A stretch of DNA of 63,614 bases, counting the filler, from Reclinomonas americana ATCC 50394 (taxonomy: Eukaryota): assembly GCA_048213135.1 (NCBI GenBank). It is 6 parts of 4 records of this genome, joined end to end, with 100 filler letters (N's around TTAATTAATTAA, not from the genome) between each part and the next. Parts side by side here need not be neighbours in the genome. Positions count along the whole stretch, not along the records: positions 37,872 to 59,053 come from PS015331.1; positions 59,154 to 63,614 come from PS015332.1; 4 more parts are not named here. One strand, 5' to 3'. The notes under the pieces were generated by a model that was given only the letters and a program-made list of their open reading frames with translations, searched no databases and had not been told where the DNA came from. The number at the start of each line of letters is the position of its first letter. Within the stretch, counting starts at the first letter, position 1. A program made the translations under genes and the position numbers. Below, piece after piece: positions 53,831-63,614 of the stretch.

Positions 53831-56800
53831 TCAGTGGCACCGTTCGCCCAGCGCCTCCAGCTTCTCCTCGAGCAACTTGCACCGCTCAGTGACGCGTCGT
53901 AGTCGCATCTCCAGCATCGTTCGCTCCGATTTGAAGGTCTCGTTCATGGCACTGCGGATGTTTGTTGTCAAGGACGACGTACGAGGAAGGTTATTGCAGT
54001 CGTTCCGCACGCAACGTTGTCGTCCGAATGTAGTCCATGCGAATCTTCTCCACCTCGTCGTTGGCGGAGCGCAGCTTGGTCTCGAACGCCTTGCGCATGA
54101 GACGCAGCTCCTCCACAATTACCTCGTCGAACGTGTCGCCAAACTCGTCGAGACGCGACAGCAGGCCCTCCAGCGACGGCGCTGACGACCGCAGCTTGGC
54201 ATTCTCCTGCGTCAGTTCCTCGATGCGCGCATTACGACGGTTCAGCTGCAACAACCCGCCTTCATGTCAGTACGTTTCTCCCCCCACCACCCTTCCCATT
54301 CTCTGCCTCACCTCGCCCATCAACGTCTCCACCTCCTTATCCAGCGACTGCGCTCGTGTCTGCTGCGCTTGTGACAACTCGGTCAACTCGCGGATCCGAG
54401 AGTAGTTCTTGCGGTCGTTCTGTGAGTACACGTCGCGCAGCTCGCGGAACTCCTTCAAAATCGTTTCACGCTCGCGCAGCAACTCGTCCATCTTGTCCTT
54501 CAGCTCCTGCGATCCACCCTGCTGCTGCAGCTGCTGTCGTTGCAGTTCCTGCTGCTTCTGCGAGATCTCCAGCTGCATCTTGACGCGCTGCAGTTCCGAG
54601 CTGACGCGCTCCACATCCGCCCGCGCCGACGCAATCTCCACCTGCTTCTCACGTATCTGCCGCTCGTGCGTGGACGCCGTCGCATCGTGCTGCGATTGCA
54701 GGCGCTCCGCACGCTCTTGCGTCTGTGTAGCAGTCATAAGATGAGGCCCCTTCTTTCCTTTGCCATCGTGCACCACCAAGCACAGCACCTCGCGCAGCCT
54801 TCTCTCGAGATCGCTCGTGTCGGTGGGCTTGACGGCCATTGATCGCAGTCGATGCAGCTCGCCCTGCGCGCATACACCACACAGTGAGCACTTACAAGCG
54901 TGTGACTCCTCCTCCTCCTTCCCCGTACACACCTGCAGTGTCGAATTCTCCTCAATCATGGCCTGCAGACGACCAAACAGCATTTTGGTGCGCTCATCTT
55001 CTGCGGGCGGCTTCTTCGAGGCCTCCTCCACTGCTGTTGTGCGTGCGCGTTCGGCCTCCGATGCTGCCGAGCGCGCCATGTCGGCCTCGGAGCGCCACTT
55101 TAGCACCTCATCACGGGCTCTGGTGAGCTCGCGCATCGCCTCCTCGGCCACACGCCGTGCGTCCATCACCTCCTTCACCGCACGCTCACGCAGCGTCTCC
55201 GCCTCTCGCCTCGCATTCTCCACATCGCGGGCGGCACGTGCTAGCCGATCGTCAGCGCCCGACTCGGCCATGCGCACCTGTTCCCTCCACTCGTCCTCGG
55301 CGCGCTTCCGATCGTCCTCCAGTTTGCGCACGAGCTGTCGACACAACTCGGCCTCATCCCGCGCCTCCTGAATGCGCATGTCGGCCTCCGACGCCTGCGC
55401 TTGCAAGCCGGCCATCTTTGACTGCATGGCTCCACTCTGCGAGCGCACCGCACTCAGCTCCGACTCGGTCTTGGCCAGCTGTCGCCGCAACGACAGAATG
55501 GTCTTCTCGCCCTCGCCCGCGTCACTGGTCGCGGCCTCCTCTCGCGCCCGCGCCAACTCTACCGTCTTGGCTTCGAGTGCGCGACTCGAGCTCTCCGCCT
55601 GCTGTCGCCATCGTTCACACTCGCCGCTCTTCAAGTCCAGCGATGAGCGCGCCGCCTCGGCCTCTCGCTGCCGCTCGCTCAGTCGCTCCTCCAGTCCCTT
55701 GCGTGCCGCGGTGACGGTCGCCACTTCGGCATGCAGCGACTCGAGTTCCTTGCGGCAGTGCTGCTCGAAACGCTTGCGGTCCTCGGCTTGCTCGCTGAGC
55801 GCCGTCTGCAGCTGCTCACACCGGCGACAGGGTCCGAGCGCCGGCGTGCCGGGAGTCTGCGGCCGTGACACCACCGGCGCCGCCACCACCGTGCCGTCGA
55901 GGATACGGTCGAGTAGGAGCAAGTACGTTGGAAGACGTGAAATCGAGCGGAATTCGCCACCAGCGGCATTGGTGGTGCCGATCGAGGCCGTTGTCGGCGA
56001 CGTGTGCGACGTCGGTTGCTGTGAGAGGGATCAGCAAAGGTGAACGAAAGATGGTCTATCCCTCTGCTCCCGTGCCCCACACACTCAACGTCAGAGCACC
56101 GCTCCAGCACCGCCTCCTCCAACTCCATCATCTTTTGCTGCAACACGAGCTGCAACTCGATCTTGGCCTGCGCCGTCTTATGCGTGTTCGGAGTGTACAT
56201 GAACTCGGCAATGCTCTCCTCCAACGCACGGGCATGAGCCGCCACCTGCGACATGTCACCTGCGCACACGTCAGCACCTCATCGCGGTAACGCACAGCTC
56301 GCCAGGAAACACGTAACTCCGAACCGAGTCGATCTTGCGCTGCACCAGCAGAATGTCCGACTTGAGAACGGAGATCGCCGTCTTGTCGTCCACAGCCCGC
56401 ACCTTGCTGGTGCTGTGGTGGCAGGAAGTGAGCAACACAGCACTCCACAGCAACACACACACACAGAGAGACAACTCGCCTCTTGGAGACATCACCAGCA
56501 GCAGCAGCAGTGGCAGTGGTCGCCGTCGCAGCACTCCCATTGCCATGAAACAGCGTGACTGTGCGACTATCCCGTCGCGGTGGCGGGGGAGGCGGTCCAA
56601 TGCCCTCTCCACTAACATTCATTACCGCAGCAGCTGCTGACGATGGAGGCGGAGGAGACAACACATCCAGTGGTGAATGAAACGATTTGCGGTGCTTGAC
56701 CACCATTGGACTAGTCGGCGGTGATCCCAACGATGGAGAGCTCGCACTCTGTGCACCTGTGCGCTGTAACACAGGTCCTGTGGCCACCACCACGCTCACT

Positions 56801-57116
56801 GGTGGTGGTGGTGGCGGAGGCTGTGTGGGCCCGCCGGTCGAGGGTCGTCGAGAGAGCCCCGCTGTCACGCCACCAAAGTCAGGCATGTGAGAGAGAGAGT
56901 GTGTGTGTGAGAGCACAGCGCACCTATAGCACTGTTCACAGAGGCACTGCGCTGTGTGACAGCAGCGCTGGCGGGGGCGGCCGAGGCCAGCGGCAGTTGA
57001 GTCGTCGCCACTGCGCCTACAGAAGGCGATCGTCGCACTGCGTTTCCACTGCCAGCAGCTGTAGACGAGGAGGAGGAGGAGGACGCAGGGAAGCCTCCAC
57101 CATTGCGACTGGCCAT
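53831..57116 (-). CDS. Large coiled-coil protein with an S/P-rich N-terminus, function unknown
   Basis: Frame-consistent exons joining ORFs 56865, 56128, 56271, 55679, 54267 and 53991; heptad E/Q/R/L-rich composition. Confidence 0.8.
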
Positions 57117-57406
57117 CCCGCCAACAACCAAACCCCGAATGAAAACGATGAGCACAAAAGAAGAGTGAGTCACGCGATTGTCACCTGAGTGTGTGCCTCT
57201 GTGCTCAGAGACAACGCGATGATACGTGAGCCACTGCCGGCTTCTGAGCGGGCCAAGGTACAGACACAGTGTGTGTGATCCATTTTTGTGTGTTGTCTCT
57301 CGTTTTTTTCGCGCGCGCGCACGTGTCTCTGTCTCTCTCTCTCTCTGTGTGTGTGTTGAATGCGATGTTTGATTCGCGCTGTTGTGTGTTATAGCTGGCC
57401 CGCGTC

Positions 57407-59018
57407 ATGGCTGACGGCACTGTGAACCCGCTCAACTTCCACCCGAAGAATCCGCCAGTGATCAAGCTGGATGAGCACAAGTTGAGAGACAGACGCACTC
57501 ACACACATGGTTGAGCGCTCACATGTGTGCGTACGTGTGTGTGTGTGTAGTTACATCCTGTCGCATCCATCGTCGGCGAGTGAGAGCGATGAGGAGATCG
57601 CTGCGCAGTGTCTCGAGCGCGTGTTGACCTATGTGTGCACCGAGGCGGCTGTCAGCGACAACTTGTACCTGCTGGAGGAGCTGGAGGTGTGCCATCTCTC
57701 TCTCTCTCTCTCACACACACACACTACTGCCTGGTATGGTCTGATCGTTGTACATGTGCAGATCTTTCAGAAGGAGTGTTGGGACTATGAGGCAGCGCGA
57801 GAGGAGCGCAAGGCGAGGGAGGCGGCTGCGGTGGCCGCGGCGCAGGCGGCTCAGGCGGCGGCTATGGCAGCGTCAGCAGCTGCTTCAGCGGCTTCGTTGC
57901 GTTGTCTCGTGCGTTGTCTCTTTTTTTTTGTCTGTCAGTGTGTCTCATTGCGAGCAGGAAGCGCAAACCGGCGTTGAAAGCCGGCCAGTCGAGCCCGCAG
58001 CTGAACAGCAAGCGGCCGACTGGCAAGCTGGGTGGTCGCTCCATCTCCACACCGCGAGTCGGCGGTCGGCCGCTGATGCATCCGGTGCGCCGACTGCGTT
58101 GTCGATTATTATTATGAGCCGTTTTTCTCATCCGTTTTTCAGAGTGCATCCACGGGCGATCTGATGGTGGGCGGTGTGGCGTTGGAGAACGGCGGTGATA
58201 CTACACGGAGACCATCGTCAGGGTGTGTACCATTCCCTGTACGCATTTTTGTCGTTATCGCACAACCTGACCGCGGCAATCGGACACATGCATGCGCGCA
58301 GACGAAGCGGTTTGACAGCACGCCGTGTGGCCGACGCCCGACACTCGCGATTGGTGAGTGCGAGCAGTGCGGCGAACTTGGCGGCGGTCGATGCCGCGGG
58401 CGACCTGAATCCGGCCATGCTGGCCGGTGGTTCGTCGAGTGCCGCTGTATCGGCAGCCGCCTCGGCCAGCAGCAGTGATCCGCCAGCGTATCCGTTCAAG
58501 TCGCCGCGTGTGGTGATGCGCGAGGCTCGCGACAGTCGTTTTGAGCCACTGTATAGAAGATTGGCCGAGCTGCAGGTGAGCACCAACGTGGGAGCAAGCT
58601 GCGCCAGGCCGTCATCGCTCATCTTCTGCCGCCCCTGCAGTTCCTGCAAATGGACACCATTCGGCAAGAGAAGCGCAGTGCGCGCGGCGACTCGGGCGAT
58701 TACATGGCGTTGATGACCGCGGGTGGCGGCTCATCATCCTCGTCGACAACGACGACGACGACGACGACGACGACGGCAACCGCCGCCGCCACCGCCACCG
58801 CAGCGTCAGCAGCCGCATCGGCAATGTTGTCGGGCGGGGGTTCATCGGGAGCGGGTCCCAGCGGCGTGTCGTTTGCGCTGTCCGGCAGTGGTGGTGGCGA
58901 CGACGACGGATCACCGATGATGGTCGCCGGATCGGCACCGGCCACGGCGCGTGGCGAAGCCGGGGGTGGCGCGAGCGGCAAAGTCAGTGGGCCGAGAAAA
59001 GCGCGCAAGCGGAGGTAA
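57407..59018 (+). CDS. Hypothetical multi-exon protein with a basic NLS-like C-terminus, divergent from the coiled-coil gene (~290 bp between starts)
   Basis: MADGTVNPLNFHPKNPPVIKLDEHN|YILSHP...LEELE|IFQKECWDYE..., with frame-consistent introns; ends KARKRR*. Confidence 0.65.
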
Positions 59019-59153
59019 TAACAATCACAATCACAATCACGCAAGTCCATCAANNNNNNNNNNNNNNNNNNNNNNNNNNNNNNNNNNNNNNNNNNNNTTA
59101 ATTAATTAANNNNNNNNNNNNNNNNNNNNNNNNNNNNNNNNNNNNNNNNNNNN

Positions 59154-60355
59154 GGCAGCTGCTGCAGCAGATGCTGGTGATGACGACTGTATCAGTCGCC
59201 CACTGCTGTCGTAGAAGCCGTCGTCGCCGGCGCTCAAGCCGAGCGCGGCAAACGCGTGTTGCAACGAGGCAGTATTGGCACCGGCGGCGCTGCCGCTGCC
59301 GCCGCCCCCGCCCGATCCAAAGCCCACTGCCACCATGCTGGTGTGCCGGTGTCCCGGTGGTGGCTTGTGCAGCGCCGACGACAAGTGTTGCAGGTAAGGG
59401 GGCAGTGGGTAGCGTGCTGAGCCGCTGCCGCCGCCGCCGCCGCTGCCAAAGGCGTGGGCGGCGCCGGAGTTGTCGCTGCCCATGGAGCTCACGGCGGCAC
59501 TCAATGCCGCCAGCTGCTGCTGTAGTACNNNNNNNNNNNNNNNNNNNNNNNNNNNNNNNNNNNNNNNNNNNNNNNNNNNNNNNNNNNNNNNNNNNNNNNN
59601 NNNNNNNNNNNNNNNNNNNNNNNNNNNNNNNNNNNNNNNNNNNNNNNNNNNNNNNNNNNNNNNNNNNNNNNNNNNNNNNNNNNNNNNNNGCCGCCGCGGC
59701 GGCAGCGGTCGTCGCCGGATCTGTGCCCAATTCGGCAGCACCGCCGCCCATTCAGGTGCTGGTGGTGTCGATTGTGTACGAGCATGCGGCGTTGTTGCTG
59801 CGGAGAATGAGGAGAGGCCGGCATGTGCTGATGTAGTCAGGCGTCGGTGGGTGGACAGCTTAGCTTGCTCTTTGTGAGCAATGTTGGTTGGATGGAGTAG
59901 TGAAATCGCGGCAGTCGCCGGAAAGAGAAAGGTCTAATTGTCTCGCCAGCTCCGCACGTGAGCGCGGGCACGCTCCTTCCGCAACTCACAGCAAAAAACA
60001 TCGCAGCGCTCAGAGAGGGAAAGAAGGAGAGAGAGAGGTGTGAATCTTTCACGAGAGCCTATGTGTGTGCGAGTGCCAACGCCATGTCGCCGCCATGTTC
60101 ACTCACTTTGCTTGTGTGTGTGCGTGTGCTCTCTCTCCTCGCACCATCACACAGCAGGCACTCGCAAGTGGTCCTCAACAGCGTGAAGTAGAGTGTGTGA
60201 GTGTGCAAGTGTGTTGAAGAAGAGATGCCGTTTCGGTTCTTGCTTGGCGGCGGGTGCTGCGTCTCGCGACCCGCCGCCACTCCCATCATCTCCGCCGACA
60301 CCTTCACCGTGACGCGCGGGCGCGGCAACTCCACTCGCCACGTCACCATTGTCGA

Positions 60356-60397
<42 letters not shown>

Positions 60398-60400
60398 CAC
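59154..60400 (-). CDS. Fragments of a low-complexity (G/A/S-rich) hypothetical gene broken by gaps
   Basis: Coding-like stretches PEWAAVLPNWAQIRRRP and LQQQLAALSAAVSSMGS...; structure unresolved. Confidence 0.35.
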
Positions 60401-61766
60401 ANNNNNNNNNNNNNNNNNNNNNNNNNNNNNNNNNNNNNNNNNNNNNNNNNNNNNNNNNNNNNNNNNNNNNNNNNNNNNNNNNNNNNNNNNNNNNNNNNNN
60501 NNNNNNNNNNNNNNNNNNNNNNNNNNNNNNNNNNNNNNNNNNNNNNNNNNNNNNNNNNNNNNNNNNNNNNNNNNNNNNNNNNNNNNNNNNNNNNNNNNNN
60601 NNNNNNNNNNNNNNNNNNNNNNNNNNNNNNNNNNNNNNNNNNNNNNNNNNNNNNNNNNNNNNNNNNNNNNNNNNNNNNNNNNNNNNNNNNNNNNNNNNNN
60701 NNNNNNNNNNNNNNNNNNNNNNNNNNNNNNNNNNNNNNNNNNNNNNNNNNNNNNNNNNNNNNNNNNNNNNNNNNNNNNNNNNNNNNNNNNNNNNNNNNNN
60801 NNNNNNNNNNNNNNNNNNNNNNNNNNNNNNNNNNNNNNNNNNNNNNNNNNNNNNNNNNNNNNNNNNNNNNNNNNNNNNNNNNNNNNNNNNNNNNNNNNNN
60901 NNNNNNNNNNNNNNNNNNNNNNNNNNNNNNNNNNNNNNNNNNNNNNNNNNNNNNNNNNNNNNNNNNNNNNNNNNNNNNNNNNNNNNNNNNNNNNNNNNNN
61001 NNNNNNNNNNNNNNNNNNNNNNNNNNNNNNNNNNNNNNNNNNNNNNNNNNNNNNNNNNNNNNNNNNNNNNNNNNNNNNNNNNNNNNNNNNNNNNNNNNNN
61101 NNNNNNNNNNNNNNNNNNNNNNNNNNNNNNNNNNNNNNNNNNNNNNNNNNNNNNNNNNNNNNNNNNNNNNNNNNNNNNNNNNNNNNNNNNNNNNNNNNNN
61201 AGCGAGGACGGGGGGGGGGGGGGGGGGGATTTTGATTGTTTGTTTTGACGGTTGTGGGTGAAGTGGTGTTCACTTTGTCGCGCGCACCACCACATGTGTG
61301 TGCGCTGCTGTGCTCTATGTCGTGCGGTGTCTCGGCTGTCTTTGTGGGATGGGAGTTCTCTGTGTGTTTTTTTGTTTGTTTGTGGCATGGCAAACCCCGC
61401 GTTTTTCTGGCTCACTGTCTCGCGCGTGCGCTGTCTTGTGTGGTGTCGTTGCTGTTCTGTGTTTTTTTTTGTTGAACGCATGTGTGGGGTGTGTGAAGCA
61501 CACGCCGCGCACATTGACACGCGCGCACGATAGACTTGTGTGTGAGTTTGTGAGTGAGATCATGTGTTTGTGTGGTGTCCGTTTGCCTCTGTGTGTGAGT
61601 GTGTGCGCCCGCGTGTGTGTTTGTTGTTCTTGGTTCTATGCTCGTATTCCCTGGTGACCCACTGGCACCTGATGATTCTTCTTTCCCCCGCGCCATTGTC
61701 GTGATCTCGTGCCAATGTAACTTTCCGCAATCGGCGCTTACGATGCTTGGTCGCTTTTTTTTGCAG

Positions 61767-62577
61767 GCTGCTCCTGCTCCACCATCGCCGTCGCAGCCGC
61801 TGACGCCGTCGCTGGATGCCGCGACGGTGTTCTTGGACGACGTGGACGCGCAGATTCCCGACGCTGAGTTGGCCTCGATGGGCAATCCCAGCACGGCGCT
61901 GCACGCGACGCAGAGTCTCCACAGCCTCGTGGCCAGCAACTCGATGTTCAACGGACCTGGCTCTGTCGGCGCGGCCTCGTTCCACTCGACTGGAACGTCG
62001 CCCGACCCCGGCCCGCCCACCGAGGACCCCGATCTGCAGTCGTCCGATTCGTGCGACTCGGACGTGGACGACATGCTCGCCGCCTCCTCGACACTGAGCG
62101 ATGAACAAGTCGAGGGACTCGTCAGCAAGCTGGCGCGCATGCGGTCGCGTGATGTGTCCGACGAGTGCAGTCCCGATGCCGATGAGCTCGGCTGCGTCAC
62201 GTTTGATCTGCAAGTTGCCGTGCTGGCCAACAGCAGCCTCGACGAGTACGAGGAGCACCCCGAAAAGGCCACATCCGCAATTGACCGGCTAGCGTCGTTC
62301 CCGGCGAATGGGCAGCAAAAGGCGAGTCTCCTGCATGCCGGCGGTTCCCTTTGTGTGTGCAAGTATTGCTGACCGTCGTCGTCGGTGCAGGTGATGGTGG
62401 TGGTCGGCTGGTCGGGTTCCGGCAAGAGCACGCTGCTGCGCCTGACGTTGGCGCGCGCCTGGACGAGGGAAAAGACACTACCGCTGTTTGCACGGTTGCC
62501 GGCGTTACCGGCAGAGGCATTGCAGCCGGGTGCGCTGATGCCATATCTGCTGGCGCACGCCGACTTGTCAAAAGAGG

Positions 62578-62614
<37 letters not shown>

Positions 62615-63614
62615 GTGGAGTTGTGCGCTCTCCCTTCCCCCTGACGTGTGTTCCCTGTTGCAGGTGGCGTGGCTGCGTGCCGATGGCTGGTCGTTCCTGT
62701 TGCTTCTTGACGGCTACGATGAGTTGGGCTCAACGCCGCGTAACTTGTACCGTTACCATCACCTGAAGGTATATCCGCGGAAGATTTCACTCGCCGCGCG
62801 CTTGCCGCTCGTGGCTCACGTACTTATTTTTTCGTGGCACCACCAACAGCGCTGGCCAAACACCGCCATGATTATTTCGTGCCGTCGCGAGTACATTCAT
62901 CAGGTGCTCAAGCTGCGCTGGACGCACTATTTCACACCTGCCGAATTGCCGCTGTCGCCGAGCAAGCGCCGTCGACAGCTGGGCCAGCCGCAATTGGTGC
63001 AAGTGGTCTTGCGTCCGTTTACCCGCGAGCAGGTCGATGCCTTCCTGCGCAGCTACGCCATGAGTAGCGACGGACTGGGCATGTCATGGCAAGAGTACCG
63101 CGGAAGGATCAATATGATCCCGGGCCTCAGCCGTTTGGCCACCTGCGTTGCGTCTCTTTTTTTTCTGCTTTTCTCTCCTCATCCTCCTCCTCCGTCTTCT
63201 CACCGACGTGTGTGTGCGCGCGCAGCCCATCATGCTCAACATGCTAGTGCACGTGCTGCCGCGGCTATCGGAGGCGCGTCAGTGGCCGTACCACGAGAGT
63301 CTCACTCGTGCCGAGGTGTATGAGGCCTTTACCGATTGGTGGTTCGACTGGGAGCTGGATCACCACAAGTTGGAGAGAGCAGAGGCAAGTGTGGTCACGT
63401 GCTTGACTCTTTGTTTACAACAGCAGCAGCTCATCCAACTACCCTTGCTCGCACGCTGCAGCTTTTTAACGAAGGCGAGGAGCCGAAGATCGTTCTTCGC
63501 CGATTTTGCACGGCCCTGGCGGGCACTCTGCTCTCAGTTCCGACTGTGCTCGTGCGGCGAGTGGTGCGTTTTCTGTTCGCAGTGAGCTGTCGTGTTTCTC
63601 TGCTGCAAGCGCGT
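61767..63614 (+). CDS. NACHT-family STAND NTPase (NLR-like), partial at both ends
   Basis: Walker A VVVGWSGSGKS, Walker B FLLLLDGYDEL, sensor IISCRREY, LRPFTREQVDAFL, IPGLSRLATC|PIML, LTRAEVYEAFTDWW. Confidence 0.85.

Noticed and set aside
15920..59109. Recurrent palindromic TTAATTAATTAA as a biological element
   Set aside because: It is always centred in a 100-bp N block and has stops in six frames, so it is an assembly linker.

Overview
This is a gappy draft scaffold from an intron-rich, GC-rich microbial eukaryote; the organism cannot be identified from the sequence. It has N-gaps and five artificial TTAATTAATTAA six-frame-stop linkers, so adjacency across linkers is uncertain. Splicing by eye gives about 18 protein genes: a GALK2/GAL1-type galactokinase, an ankyrin/coiled-coil/RLK-Pelle kinase and its kinase-less degenerate paralog, a PAP2-type phosphatase, three tandem signal-peptide/LRR genes (two complete with TM), CIAO1, a C2+MUN (Munc13-family) protein, a WH1 protein, GT2 and GT77-like glycosyltransferases, a SprT-like protease, a divergent RAD52, a TOM1/GPR137-like membrane protein, coiled-coil and hypothetical proteins, and a NACHT NTPase. 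Four signals stand out. (1) A very common class of '+1-shifted' 5' splice sites (GTTGCGT, GTTGAGT, GTTACG, GTTTCGT), verified by reading frame in many genes. (2) An LRR receptor array in which every repeat is a symmetric 72-nt phase-1 exon, with hypervariable residues at and across the exon junctions. (3) A C-to-G skew flip inside exons and a purine-to-pyrimidine flip inside long introns. (4) Co-occurring immune-like modules (LRR-TM receptors, Pelle kinase, NACHT). All product calls come from motif recognition, not database searches.
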